Notes: generated by a model not told the origin, from the letters alone. A stretch of 64,000 bases of DNA from Roseibacillus sp. (GCA_965242925.1 CBDEUM010000024.1:1-64000); one strand, 5' to 3'. Counted from the stretch's first letter, positions 47,962 through 58,531 are shown. Made by a program: numbers and translations.

Positions 47962-49458
47962 TTATCTCCCCACCGCTTCCGGGTAGCGGGCGAGGATCCC
48001 CTTCAGCCTGGCAAGCACCTCCCCCTGTTCGTGGGCCAGGTTCCTTTGCTCCACGGGATGTCCCCTGTAGTCGTAGAGTTCGTATTGTGCGGTTTGGGCC
48101 GGGGCACCGGGCTTCTTCCATTCCACCAGGCGGTAACGTTTCGTGCGGATGGCGCGGCCGATCACACCACCTCTTCTGGGGTAGCAGTGGAAGGCGTGAT
48201 CCCGGACCCGTCTGGCCGGGTCCTTGAGGACGGCGACAAGACTCTTTCCGCTCACCCGTTGCGGAACCTCCGGAGCCGGAAGCCCCGCAAGTTCCGCCAG
48301 GGTGGGGAACAGGTCGACGCTCTCTGCCAGCTGGCGGGTGACGGTGTTCGCCCTGGTCACTCCGGGGGCGACTAGCAACAGGGGGATACGATTGGCCTGC
48401 TCGTAGTTTGTGTGTTTGGTCCAGATGCCGAGGTCGCCCAGGTGAAATCCGTGATCTCCCCATACCACGATGATGGTGTTGCGGGCCAGGTCGAGTCGAT
48501 CAAGCTCGGCGATCACTTTTCCGATCTGGGCATCCATGTAGCTCACGCTGGCATAATAGCCTTGCACCAACTTGCGCTTGAGTTTGACGGTGTAGTCCTC
48601 GTTTCTGCGTGGCACGGGGGAATACATGGCGATTTCCCCGGCACGCTTGTGGGCGATCTTGGGCGAACCTGCGGGGTGGTCTTCGTAGCGGGCGAGCGGC
48701 AACTTGGAGGGATCGTGCAGATTCCAGTATTTCCGGGGGGCACTGAAGGGGAGGTGGGGCCTGACAAAACCGACCGCCATGAAGAAGGGAACGGTGCGTT
48801 TCTTCGCGGCCTGGAGTCGCTTGACCGCTTCGGCCGCCACTCTTCCGTCGGCGTAGTCCTCGTCGCGGGCCTCCGGGGCCTCGAAGGCGGCGCCCCGTGG
48901 CAGGGAGTGGATGCGGGTGAGCTGCTGGTTTGTGAAGTAGGCTTCCTCCCTGGTGAGCTTGCCGCCCTCCGTGCTCGCGGGATCGAGATACTCGATAACC
49001 TTGTCGTGGAAGTGTGGCACACTGAAGGATTCGGGATCGCCCTCATTGCCGTGCCCGATGTGGAAAATCTTGCCCATGGATTCGGTGCGATAGCCATGCC
49101 GCGCGAAAAACTGTGGCATGGTGACAGCCTTCGGATGGGAGTGACGCAATCTGTTGCCGAGCCCATAGAGCCCGGTGACGGTGGAGTGCGCACCGAGCAT
49201 GAGGGTGAAGCGGGAAGGCGCACAGACCGCCTGGTTGCAGAAAGCCAGTTCGAAGCGCAGTCCGCGGGTCGCCAGGTTGTCGAGATGAGGAGTGCGGGCG
49301 TGGGGATCGCCGTAGCACCCGAGGGCCGGTTTGAGGTCATCGACCAATAGGAGCAGCACATTGGGCCGTTCGGAAACGGGCTGGTCCTCCTGGGCCAGGG
49401 AAGGGCCGGGAAACAGCGCCCAGGCCGCGGGAATCAGGATGAAGGCGCGACGGAGCAT
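47962..49458 (-). CDS. sulfatase (iduronate-2-sulfatase-like, formylglycine type)
   Basis: PNVLLLLVDDL, CAPSR, GKIFH, PHLP, GDHG, KH. Confidence 0.93.
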   Translation of the reverse strand: MLRRAFILIPAAWALFPGPSLAQEDQPVSERPNVLLLLVDDLKPALGCYGDPHARTPHLDNLATRGLRFELAFCNQAVCAPSRFTLMLGAHSTVTGLYGLGNRLRHSHPKAVTMPQFFARHGYRTESMGKIFHIGHGNEGDPESFSVPHFHDKVIEYLDPASTEGGKLTREEAYFTNQQLTRIHSLPRGAAFEAPEARDEDYADGRVAAEAVKRLQAAKKRTVPFFMAVGFVRPHLPFSAPRKYWNLHDPSKLPLARYEDHPAGSPKIAHKRAGEIAMYSPVPRRNEDYTVKLKRKLVQGYYASVSYMDAQIGKVIAELDRLDLARNTIIVVWGDHGFHLGDLGIWTKHTNYEQANRIPLLLVAPGVTRANTVTRQLAESVDLFPTLAELAGLPAPEVPQRVSGKSLVAVLKDPARRVRDHAFHCYPRRGGVIGRAIRTKRYRLVEWKKPGAPAQTAQYELYDYRGHPVEQRNLAHEQGEVLARLKGILARYPEAVGR

Positions 49459-49588
49459 GGGGCAAGCTAGCCGGGATGGTCGGATCATCACCATAAAAAG
49501 TCGAATGGTTGCACACGGCGGAGCCATGCCCTCACGAGGTGAATTCCGTTGGCGTGGTAAAGGGAAACAGGGTCCGATGGTTCCGGGA

Positions 49589-50265
49589 TCAGGCCTCCCG
49601 GATCGCGGAGATGGCGGCCCTGATGTCCGGGGCCTTGAAGGTGGAGGATCCCGCCACCAGGACATTTGCCCCGGCGGCGGCGGCAAGGCGGGCGGTTTGC
49701 GGATCAATGCCGCCATCCACCTCGATGTGGAAGGCCAGGCCGCGCTCTTCGCGCAGACGGACGGCTTCCTCGACCTTGGGCATGATCTCGGCCATGAAGG
49801 CTTGGCCACCGAAGCCCGGGACCACCGTCATGACGAGGAGAAGGTCGATCTGGTCGAGGTAGGGCAAGACCTTTTTCGAAGGGGTGTGGCCGGATTGAAG
49901 GCGAGTCCGGCCCCGCATCCTGCTGCCCGGATGGCGGCCAGGCTGCCCGCAACGTCGTGATCGGCCTCAGGTTCCACGTGGACGGAGATGAGGTCGGCCC
50001 CCGCCTCCAGGAAACGCGGAAGATAGTGGTCCGGCCGGGCGATCATGAGGTGGACGTCGAGGAAGATGTCATTGGTGGCGTGAACGGCTCCCACCATGGC
50101 GGGACCGAAGGAAATATTGTCCACGAACTGCCCGTCCATGACGTCGAGGTGCAGCCAGTCGGCACCAGCTGCAATGGCCCTGGAGCACTCCTCCCCGATG
50201 CAGGAAAAATCGGCCGCCAGCACGGAGGGAGCCACGATGCGGTCGGATGGAGTCCAACTCTTCAC
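49589..50265 (-). CDS. rpe: ribulose-phosphate 3-epimerase (split by apparent frameshift near 49880)
   Basis: APSVLAADF, HLDVMDG, DVHLM and NPATP in 49828..50265. MTVVPGFGGQ, EVDGGI and VAGS in 49589..49918. Confidence 0.92.
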
Positions 50266-50434
50266 CCCCTTGGTTTAGCCGCGTGGCCGCGCAATTCAAG
50301 ACTTCCGGACAAGCCCTGCCGGACCTGCGCCCCGCGGCGGCCCTTTCCCATTGACCCGCGGGGGCTCAACCCGGGCCGATCCTCAGGGGATTTGGGGGTT
50401 TGGGTATTTCGCCGGTTGTGCTTGCCTGTGTAGC

Positions 50435-50968
50435 GTGAGCGAGGAGCCCATCATCGACCTGACCAGTGATGCCTACTTCATGGAGCAGGCCTTGCGGGAG
50501 GCGCAGAAGGCCTACGCCGCGGAAGAAGTTCCCATCGGCGCGGTGGTGGTTCAGGAGGGGAGGGTCATCGCGCGGGCCTGGAACCAGGTGGAGACCCTCA
50601 GGGATGCGACCGCCCACGCGGAAATGCTGGCGCTCACGGCAGCCCAGAATACGAGGGAAGACTGGCGCCTGGACGGCTGCACGCTGTACGTGACCAAGGA
50701 GCCCTGTCCCATGTGTGCGGGTGCGATTGTGCATTGTCGACCGGACCGGGTGGTCTTCGGCTGCCCCGATCTCAGGGCGGGGGCGGCAGGGGGATGGATC
50801 AACCTGCTGGAGGCCAACCCACCTCTCAATCATCGCTGTGAGGCGACCGGCGGGGTGCTGGCAGACGAGTGCGTGGGATTACTCCAGCGCTTTTTCCGGG
50901 AGGCGCGTGCCAAGAAGACGGAAAATTCCGGGAGCCCTCCCGCATCTGATGCCGGACCCGGTAAGTGA
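50435..50968 (+). CDS. tadA: tRNA adenosine(34) deaminase
   Basis: EVPIGAVVV, TAHAEM, LYVTKEPCPMCAGA, FFR. Confidence 0.92.
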   Translation: MSEEPIIDLTSDAYFMEQALREAQKAYAAEEVPIGAVVVQEGRVIARAWNQVETLRDATAHAEMLALTAAQNTREDWRLDGCTLYVTKEPCPMCAGAIVHCRPDRVVFGCPDLRAGAAGGWINLLEANPPLNHRCEATGGVLADECVGLLQRFFREARAKKTENSGSPPASDAGPGK

Positions 50969-50977
50969 GGGGAGCGC

Positions 50978-51664
50978 TTACTTCTTCCGCCGGAGCAGGA
51001 AGAGCAGGCCCAAGCCCAAGCCTCCGAGAAGGGTGGCGGTGGGTTCGGGGATCTGGAAAGTGCCGGCGGGGAACGGCGGGGTTGCGGTGGCATTGGTCCC
51101 GTTGTCGGAGCCACCATTAAAGTTGTCATCGCCATCCCAGGCGTTGCGGCCGGAGTAGGACCAGTCAGCGGCATCGAAGGTGCCGCCATTGGCGCTGACA
51201 CCATTGTTGCGATAGGCCCAGCCGTCGAGGGTTTCCCAAGGTGTGCCACTGCCATCCACCCCAAGCTCGCCGAACGAATCGATCACTGCTCCATTTTGGT
51301 AGAGAAGAAGCACATCGTCTCCATTGTGGTTCACCGCTCCCCCCGAGGGGCTCGAGAAATTGGCCGCAAAGCCGAACCACTGGGCGAAGTCTCCGTCGTC
51401 GCGGTTGGAAACGTAGTAGAATTCCCCTGCGGCGATGCTGCCGGCCGGAAGCGTGGCCTCCGGGGCCCCGCCCGAAGCCCCGCCGTTACTGGCGGTCTCC
51501 AGCCCGTAGATGCTGAGGTCGGTAATGGCCGCGGTGGCGTAGAGCTCGACCCCTTTGGGATCTCCCCCGGGGAGGGGGCCATCGAAAACTCCTGTAATGA
51601 TGAGGGAGCCGGGGGCCGCGGCAGTGGCCGCGGCGGCAGCGAGTAGAGTGACGATAGTCTTCAT
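50978..51664 (-). CDS. PEP-CTERM sorting-domain protein with lamin-tail-like domain
   Basis: Signal peptide; LIITGVFDG...KGVELY; NGDD..LL; C-terminal IPEP + TM helix + RRKK. Confidence 0.9.
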   Translation of the reverse strand: MKTIVTLLAAAAATAAAPGSLIITGVFDGPLPGGDPKGVELYATAAITDLSIYGLETASNGGASGGAPEATLPAGSIAAGEFYYVSNRDDGDFAQWFGFAANFSSPSGGAVNHNGDDVLLLYQNGAVIDSFGELGVDGSGTPWETLDGWAYRNNGVSANGGTFDAADWSYSGRNAWDGDDNFNGGSDNGTNATATPPFPAGTFQIPEPTATLLGGLGLGLLFLLRRKK

Positions 51665-51824
51665 GGGCCGGAGGAGTTTAGTAAGGATAATGTGAGGAGG
51701 AGGCGACCCCAAACTGAACGAAGATTGCGATATTTGCCGATTGGCACGGAAGAAGGGATATTCACTCCTTCCGTATCTCTTGTGCAGGCTTGCTGGTTTG
51801 GGGCGGGGGATCTAAGCAGGGGGC

Positions 51825-52952
51825 ATGCCGGGGGCGGTCCATGCAGTGATTGGGACGGATGACGGGCGGGTCTCCGAGGAAGCCCTGGCCCTCTTCAATG
51901 ACCTCAAGCCCGAGAGCGAGGCCGAAGAATTCACCAATGACGTGGTGGAGGGGGTCGTGGCCAACTCTGAGGAGGCTTACCAGGTGTGCGCAAGGGCCAT
52001 CGAGGCGTTGCAGACCATCGGGTTCTTCGGCGCGGACAAGATCGTGTGGTTGAAGGGGGCCAATTTTCTGGCCGATGACCGCACGGGGGGATCGGAGCGT
52101 GCCAAGCAGGGGGTGGAAGATCTGCTGGAGGTGCTCAAGGCGGGGATCGGGGAGGAGGTGACCTTTCTGATCAGTGCCAGCGCGATTGACAAGCGACGTG
52201 GGTTCTACAAATGGCTGCAGAAGAACGCGGAGATAGCAATCTTCGACAAGATCGATGTTTCCAAGGACGGGTGGGAGGAAGAGGTGGCGTTGATGGTCAA
52301 CACGCGGGCCAAGGAACTGGGGCTCGCCTTCGATCACGAGGCCCTTGAACTGTTTGTGCAGATGGCCGGGGAAGAGACGCGCCAGATCGGCAACGAACTG
52401 GAGAAGCTCAATCTTTATCTTGGAGAGAGGCGGATGGTGGAGCTGGAAGACGTGCGTTTGATGGTGCCCCTCAGCCGCAAGGGCGTGGTGTGGGAAATCA
52501 GCCGGGCCCTCGAACGCCGGGATACAGTGCGGGCCATTAGATTGGTGGATGCACAGTTGGAACGGGGAGAGAGTGCGATTGGGCTCATGCGCGCAGCCAT
52601 CGTTCCTACCGTGCGCAATCTCTTCATGGTGCGGGTGCTGCTGGACGCTCATCCGGACCTGCCCCTGCACAATGGGAATTCCTTCTCCGGCGCGCTTAAC
52701 CGGCTTCCTGACGGGGAAAAGGCCTGGTTGCCCCGGACCAAGAGCGGGACTGTGAATGCCTGGGGCCTCTTCTTCGCTGCCAAAAAGGCGGGACAGTTTA
52801 CGACCGGGGAGATGCGCCAGGCCCTGGAGGCGGTGCTGCAGGCTGACAAGTCCCTGGTGACCACGCAGCTTGATCCGCGCATGGTGCTCCATCGGCTGGT
52901 GGCCAGTCTGGCCATGGGTGGGACGAGAAAGCCGAAACGCAAGAGTGCCTGA
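51825..52952 (+). CDS. holA: DNA polymerase III delta subunit
   Basis: T.GFFG.DKIV, IDKR, NELEKL.LY and AD..L match the delta-subunit pattern; expected length. Confidence 0.85.
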   Translation: MPGAVHAVIGTDDGRVSEEALALFNDLKPESEAEEFTNDVVEGVVANSEEAYQVCARAIEALQTIGFFGADKIVWLKGANFLADDRTGGSERAKQGVEDLLEVLKAGIGEEVTFLISASAIDKRRGFYKWLQKNAEIAIFDKIDVSKDGWEEEVALMVNTRAKELGLAFDHEALELFVQMAGEETRQIGNELEKLNLYLGERRMVELEDVRLMVPLSRKGVVWEISRALERRDTVRAIRLVDAQLERGESAIGLMRAAIVPTVRNLFMVRVLLDAHPDLPLHNGNSFSGALNRLPDGEKAWLPRTKSGTVNAWGLFFAAKKAGQFTTGEMRQALEAVLQADKSLVTTQLDPRMVLHRLVASLAMGGTRKPKRKSA

Positions 52953-53026
52953 CGCGCTGGAGTGCCGGGACGGAGCGAACGAAACGCGTTCTTGATAAAC
53001 GGAATCTTCGTGTTGCTCTGGAGGAG

Positions 53027-53398
53027 ATGAGAATCCTACTGATTGGCCTCCTGGTGGGCGTGGCAGCCGGTTTGATTGGAGCCCTTTGCGGGGTGGGCGG
53101 CGGCATCCTCATGGTCCCCGCCTTCGTCCTGGCCCTTGGGATGGGACATAAGCACGCGGTGGCGACCTCCCTGGCCATTGTGGTGGTGACCGCCTTGGCG
53201 GGCACGGCCAATCATGTCATCAGGAAGAGTGAGCTTATCGATTGGAAGCTGGTGGCCTGCACGGCCCTGGGGGCGGCGGTGGCGGCCTGGTACGGAACCG
53301 AGTTGATGAGGAATTTGGGCAACCAGCAGCTCAGCCGGATCTTCGGGGTTCTCCTTATTCTGGTGGGAGTGCGAATGTTGATGATGAAGGCCGCGTAG
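53027..53398 (+). CDS. TSUP (TauE/SafE) family membrane protein, half-size
   Basis: G.CGVGGGILMVP, AVATSL, IDW; four TM helices. Confidence 0.8.
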   Translation: MRILLIGLLVGVAAGLIGALCGVGGGILMVPAFVLALGMGHKHAVATSLAIVVVTALAGTANHVIRKSELIDWKLVACTALGAAVAAWYGTELMRNLGNQQLSRIFGVLLILVGVRMLMMKAA

Positions 53399-53451
53399 GG
53401 CTGCCCTCATGCGATCTCCTGCGAACTGCGGAGAGGGTTGCCAGAGGGGCG

Positions 53452-54582
53452 CTATCGTTCGCCGATCGGCGGGACCGGGATGAGCTCCTGGGGGCCGACG
53501 TATTTGGTGAGGGGGCGATAGAGCCGATTGTCTTCGAGTTGTTCGAGGACCTGGGCCGTCCATCCGCTGGTGCGCGCGATGGCGAAGATGGGCGTGAAGA
53601 GATCGGTGGGCAGGCCGAGGGAGTAGTAGACGGTGGCTGAGTAGAAGTCGACGTTGGCATTGAGGCCTTTCTTCTCTTCCATGAGCTGGGCGATGCGCTC
53701 GGACATTTCGACCCACTTGGGCTCGCCCAGTTCCTCGGTAAGCTTGCGCGCCATCCTCTTGAGGTGGGGGGCGCGGGGATCGAGCACCTTGTAGATGCGG
53801 TGACCGATGCCCATGATCTTCCGCTTGTTGGCAAGGGCGTCCTCGATATAGGCGTCGACCTTGTCGACGGAGCCGATCTCCTCAAGCATTTTGATCACGC
53901 CCTCGTTGGCTCCGCCGTGGAGCGGTCCCTTGAGAGTGCCGATGGCGGAAGTGATCGCGGAGTAGAAGTCCGAGAGAGTCGCGATGGTCACCCGGGCCGA
54001 GAAGGTGGAGGCGTTCATCCCGTGGTCGGCGTGGAGGGTGTAGGCGATGTCGAGGGTCTTGGTGGCCTGCTCCCCGGGCTCCTCCCCGGTAGAGAGATAG
54101 ATGAAGTGGCCAGCCTCGGAGAGGTCCTCGCGAATGGGAGGGAAATCGAGTCCCTGGCGGGCCCGGTGGTAGTAGGCCACGATGGTGCCCACCTGCGCGC
54201 AGAGGGACATGGCGACCTCGCGGTTGGCCTCGTGGTCAGGCTCGCCGATCTTGGCCCGCTTGTCGTAGAGGCCGAGCATGGAGACAGCGGTGCGGAGCAC
54301 ATCCATGGGTCCGGCATCCCGGGGGGCTGCCTGGAGGAAATCAACGACTCCCTGCGGAATGGCGCGGCGACTGGCAAGATCCTTCTTGAAGGCCTCGAGC
54401 TCCGCCTGCCCGGGAAGCCTGCGATGGTGGAGAAGATAGACCACTTCCTCGTAGCAGCATTGCTCTACCAGATCGTCGATGTGATAGCCGAGGTAGGAGA
54501 GACGGCCGTCAAGGCCTTCTACGTTGGATAGGACGGATTCGTTGGCGGTGACTCCTTCGAGGCCTTTCGCGTAATCAGACAT
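53452..54582 (-). CDS. gltA: citrate synthase (short type; citrate/2-methylcitrate synthase family)
   Basis: KGLEGV, DHGMNASTF, GPLHGGAN, GIGHRIYK, NVDFYS, RP. Confidence 0.9.
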   Translation of the reverse strand: MSDYAKGLEGVTANESVLSNVEGLDGRLSYLGYHIDDLVEQCCYEEVVYLLHHRRLPGQAELEAFKKDLASRRAIPQGVVDFLQAAPRDAGPMDVLRTAVSMLGLYDKRAKIGEPDHEANREVAMSLCAQVGTIVAYYHRARQGLDFPPIREDLSEAGHFIYLSTGEEPGEQATKTLDIAYTLHADHGMNASTFSARVTIATLSDFYSAITSAIGTLKGPLHGGANEGVIKMLEEIGSVDKVDAYIEDALANKRKIMGIGHRIYKVLDPRAPHLKRMARKLTEELGEPKWVEMSERIAQLMEEKKGLNANVDFYSATVYYSLGLPTDLFTPIFAIARTSGWTAQVLEQLEDNRLYRPLTKYVGPQELIPVPPIGER

Positions 54583-54741
54583 GTGTAATCAATGAGGTAT
54601 AGTGTGCACGGCGGACTCCCTGGGAGGGAGTATGCGCCCCGCGAAAAAAGCGGGCTATGTTGCACGGTGCAAGTTGGTAATAGATGAAGATGCCGATTAG
54701 AAGAGTTTCTTCGTTGGAGAGTTTCCGGCTGGGCCTACCAT

Positions 54742-55398
54742 TTGGGCGTGGGAGACGGCTACCAGATTGCGATCGAAACGAGCGCGCCGCGTGGCTCAGT
54801 GGCAGTGGGTTGGGGGGAGGATACGATTTTTTCAGCAGAATTTGAGCTCGGTCGGCGGCCGTCTGAGCTTCTTCTGGAGCCCCTGCAGGAGGCCCTGAGC
54901 CTCGTGGGGAAGGGTTTGATCGAGATCGTCCTGATCGGGACAGGCCCGGGCAGTTATAGTGGAGCGCGGGTCGGAATTGCGGCAGGGCAGGGGGTTGCGG
55001 TCATCCACCAGTGCCCTGCGGTGGGGATTTCCTCCCCGGAGGCCCTTGCCGATGTGCGAGCCGGAGGGCCGTGTCTGGTCTTGGGCGATGCCCGGCGGGG
55101 CACGTTCTTCACATTGGAGCTTCGAGAGGGGAAATTGGCCGGAAATCCCTGTTTATTGGATCATCTGGGATTCCACCAGCGGGTAGACGCTGCGCGGGAA
55201 TCCGGCTGGACCTTGGTGAGTCTGGAGGATCCTGCACGACTTGAGCTACCCGGACACGACGTCCGCCTGGGGGTTCCCTCGGCCGAGCTCCTCCTCCAGG
55301 TCTGGCGGATGCGCTCTGAGGAGGAGCGCCGGGACCTGCTGGAGATCCCGCCTGAGCCCTTTTATCTGCGTCCGCCTCACATCACCCGTCCGAAGTAG
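54742..55398 (+). CDS. tsaB: tRNA threonylcarbamoyladenosine biosynthesis protein TsaB
   Basis: AIETS, GPGSYSGARVG, DARRG, P.YLR. Confidence 0.9.
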   Translation: MGVGDGYQIAIETSAPRGSVAVGWGEDTIFSAEFELGRRPSELLLEPLQEALSLVGKGLIEIVLIGTGPGSYSGARVGIAAGQGVAVIHQCPAVGISSPEALADVRAGGPCLVLGDARRGTFFTLELREGKLAGNPCLLDHLGFHQRVDAARESGWTLVSLEDPARLELPGHDVRLGVPSAELLLQVWRMRSEEERRDLLEIPPEPFYLRPPHITRPK

Positions 55399-55518
55399 GT
55401 TTTTCCGAAGGATTTGTTCATCGCCCTGTCCTGGCAGAAGTTCTGCAACTCGGTGAGAGCGCGGCAGAATAACCAGTGATCCTGGTTGTGGGGACCGTGA
55501 CAAAAGGGGAAGAGGGCC

Positions 55519-57270
55519 TCAGACCCAGAGTTTGATGGCCCGTAGAAGAGCGGATTCCCGGAACTTGTCAGGAAGGGCATTCCCGTAGGTGATAGCGTAG
55601 TGATATTTCAGGAGATCCTCGGAAAAGGAGGGCATCTGATCGGTCTTGGCAAGGGAGGAAAGTTGTTGGCGCAGGGTGCGGCCAGGGGGCATGGGTTGCC
55701 CGCGTCGCGCACAGGCCTGCCGGAACCGGGCAAGGTAGCGGGGAGGTTCGGGGAGGAGTCCTCCGGAGGCGGCGCCTGGGATTCGGGCAGGCCCACGGCG
55801 GAAGCGTAGGATGAGGAAGCAAAGCGGGACGAGGGCGAGGCCAGCCCCGAGGGCGCGGGAAATCCAGAGGGCGGAGTCTTCAAAGGAGCGTCCTGGCGAA
55901 GCGGAGAAGTCCGGCAGCCCCTCCTTGGAGAGGGGCAGATCCTCCCCGGTGTCGGCGATGTCGAGGCGCGTCCGCGCTCCCGGCGGGGTGGTATCGAAGA
56001 CAACCCAGCCGACATTATCGAGGTAGATCTCGGTCCAGGCGTGCGCTTCGCTGGCGCGGAACATGAAGTAGCCGGGACCGCTGTACCATTTGCCCCCGCT
56101 CCAACCATAGGCAATGCGGGAGGGAATATTCAGGGCACGGCTGAGGAGGGCTCCGGCGGTGGCGAAGAACTCACAATGCCCACGTTTCTCGTGGCGCATG
56201 AAATTGAGCATGGGGTCGAGTTTTTCGGGGTTATCGATTTCAAGGGAGTAGAGGTAATTCTCCCAAAGGAGCTTCCGCAGGCCCACCAGCCTGGAGGCGG
56301 CGTCCCGCAGGGTCTTGCTGGACAGATTGATGACTTCGTCGCGCAGTTCCTCGTTGGCAGGCAGTTCAAGCAGATGGGAGTCCTCCGGAAGGGCCGGGAA
56401 GCGGAGTCTGTCCAGCACCCCGGATTCGAGCAGGCTGGTGAGGGTGACGGTTCTGGCGGCCACCTCGTAGGCGTGGCCCTGTTCCGGGTCGGCCGCGGGA
56501 TTGAGGCGAAAGATCCCGGGATCGACGTGGCGCAACTGCTCCACCCTGCCCCGGGTGGCCCCTTGGGGAGCGGTGAAGAGGTCGTCTCCGCCGGGGTGAG
56601 AGGGCTGGATGATCTCGCCACGGAGCAGGGGACCTGGTCGGCCTTCCGGTTGCTTGAGATTGACGATGCCACTCTCATCCGGGAGGAGGAGCTCCGGGGT
56701 CATGCCCACGGGGGACCAGGTGGAGTCATCGAACTTTTCAAGGGCAAAGGCGCGCAGGTAGATCCGACTGCGGAGGAGGTGGGCGGAGGTTGCCGCGTCC
56801 CGGGGCCGGAAGAAGATTTCAGGTTTGTCGGAGGGGCGGGCGTTGCTGCTGAGAGGGAGGCGGCGGCGGCCCTGGGAATCCCAGAGCCAATTGCCCGAAA
56901 CGGTAGTGCCGTGCGGGTCGCCGTCGCCGTTGGCGGACTGGCGGTCGGCAACCCGGGGCGGGAACAGGGTGTTGACCACACCCCCGGAGATGGATTCGGC
57001 GTGAGATGGCACCACACTCAGGAAGCAAAGGAAGAGGCATTCCACGCTCAGGATGGCCAAACCAATGGCAAGGTAGTCCGGCCAGCCGGGTGCCCGGACG
57101 GAACGCGCCAGGCTGCAGGACGGTCGCTTCCGCCGCCGCCACATCCCCATCCCCAGGACCAGCACCAGGACCGCGAAGCAGGTTCGCAAGACCGGGTGTA
57201 ACTCCTCCGGCCGGCCGCGGAGCAGGACATAGGCGGTGGTGACCGTGAGGGCGAGGAAGATGCTACGCAT
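55519..57270 (-). CDS. transglutaminase-like domain membrane protein
   Basis: GHCEFFA, HAWTE, FDTT (Cys-His-Asp triad); N- and C-terminal TM helices. Confidence 0.88.
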   Translation of the reverse strand: MRSIFLALTVTTAYVLLRGRPEELHPVLRTCFAVLVLVLGMGMWRRRKRPSCSLARSVRAPGWPDYLAIGLAILSVECLFLCFLSVVPSHAESISGGVVNTLFPPRVADRQSANGDGDPHGTTVSGNWLWDSQGRRRLPLSSNARPSDKPEIFFRPRDAATSAHLLRSRIYLRAFALEKFDDSTWSPVGMTPELLLPDESGIVNLKQPEGRPGPLLRGEIIQPSHPGGDDLFTAPQGATRGRVEQLRHVDPGIFRLNPAADPEQGHAYEVAARTVTLTSLLESGVLDRLRFPALPEDSHLLELPANEELRDEVINLSSKTLRDAASRLVGLRKLLWENYLYSLEIDNPEKLDPMLNFMRHEKRGHCEFFATAGALLSRALNIPSRIAYGWSGGKWYSGPGYFMFRASEAHAWTEIYLDNVGWVVFDTTPPGARTRLDIADTGEDLPLSKEGLPDFSASPGRSFEDSALWISRALGAGLALVPLCFLILRFRRGPARIPGAASGGLLPEPPRYLARFRQACARRGQPMPPGRTLRQQLSSLAKTDQMPSFSEDLLKYHYAITYGNALPDKFRESALLRAIKLWV

Positions 57271-57326
57271 GGGGTGGTGGTCAGGGGTCGATCTGCGGGA
57301 GGGTGCTGGGGCTTTCTTCAGGAGGG

Positions 57327-58433
57327 TTATTCGCGGACTTGCAGTTTCCTCGCCCCGTAGCTGTGTTGACGGATGTCTATGAGGAGGGCCTGGCGGTCAG
57401 GCAGGGTGTCTTTCCAGGCCTCTGTCGGCATATCGGAGAGGATGATGAGGGAGTGGTCTTCGGGAACTTGCTCGATCACGGGGGCGAGGTTGTGCGCCTC
57501 GGTGTCACTGCGACGCCGGGCCCGGGCGAGAGAGACGAGGAGGTTGCCGAAGCTGCTGCGGGAAACCACGGAGAGAGGGTGCCATTCGTTGAAATCAGCG
57601 AGGAAGGCTGCAGGGATCCCGTGTTCCCGGAGATAGCGCAAGGTTCCGCAGGCCAGAGAGAGGGCCCACTCGAAGCGATCAGCGCGGATGAGCTCGCCGG
57701 ACATACCAAAGGAATGGAAAAGCACCATACAATGGCGGGGATAAAAGCCGGGAGGATCGTTTTCACGAATGCGCAACCCGCGCCCGCGACTGAGGGAGCG
57801 GGCGGAGGCGGGCCAGTGAATGTGCTTGGCAGGATCGCCGGCCTGCCAGGGCCGGATGCCTCGTAGTTCGCCGGGGGCGTAACCGGGAGTGGTGCCGGGC
57901 AGGAGTGAGGCATCGTGCAGGGCCCCCTGGGTTGAGAGCTCCCTGGGAGTGAGAGGGCGGGGGAAGACGAGGATTTCCTGCGCGAGCACCCCCGAGGCCT
58001 TCGCGTGGAAGAGCCCGAGCGGCATGATCGTCTCCAAGGTGTAGTCATGCTCAGGGAAGGAACTGCGTCCGGGGATGGAGCCTCGCAGGCGCACTTCGGA
58101 GATCGACCCGGCGGCCGTCCAGGCAGCGAAGGAGTGGATGTCGACCTGTCCTGCGAGGTGCAGTTCAATCCTGATGCTGAAGGCGTCGAGCAGGCTGCGA
58201 TTGTTGTGAAGGAGGACCCGCAGGTCGAACGATTGATCGGCGTAGACCCGGGTCGGCGCCCGCAAGCTGAGGGAGAGCCTTTTGAGGTTCAGCCGGATGA
58301 AGATCCAGGCCCCCGCCAGGAGGAGACAGCCACTCGTCCCCAGAGTGATGAGGATTCCGTCGGTCCGGAGAAATCCCAGCATGGTAAGCGCGAGTGATGC
58401 GCCGAGGAGGATGGCACCGCGGGGAGTAAGCAT
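57327..58433 (-). CDS. DUF58 domain protein
   Basis: PLGLF, LVFP, IRPWQAGD..KHIHWPASAR. Confidence 0.88.
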   Translation of the reverse strand: MLTPRGAILLGASLALTMLGFLRTDGILITLGTSGCLLLAGAWIFIRLNLKRLSLSLRAPTRVYADQSFDLRVLLHNNRSLLDAFSIRIELHLAGQVDIHSFAAWTAAGSISEVRLRGSIPGRSSFPEHDYTLETIMPLGLFHAKASGVLAQEILVFPRPLTPRELSTQGALHDASLLPGTTPGYAPGELRGIRPWQAGDPAKHIHWPASARSLSRGRGLRIRENDPPGFYPRHCMVLFHSFGMSGELIRADRFEWALSLACGTLRYLREHGIPAAFLADFNEWHPLSVVSRSSFGNLLVSLARARRRSDTEAHNLAPVIEQVPEDHSLIILSDMPTEAWKDTLPDRQALLIDIRQHSYGARKLQVRE

Positions 58434-58531
58434 TCGGGATTGGATTTTGGCTTGCCGGACGGCGAGCAACGGAGGCGGATTCTCAGGAAAGGGGTATGTT
58501 TCGGGGGAGGGCCAACAAGGGATGGCCGCAG

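Noticed and set aside
49589..50265. rpe as a true pseudogene or programmed frameshift
   Set aside because: Both halves are fully conserved and similar breaks occur in four unrelated genes; sequencing error is simpler.
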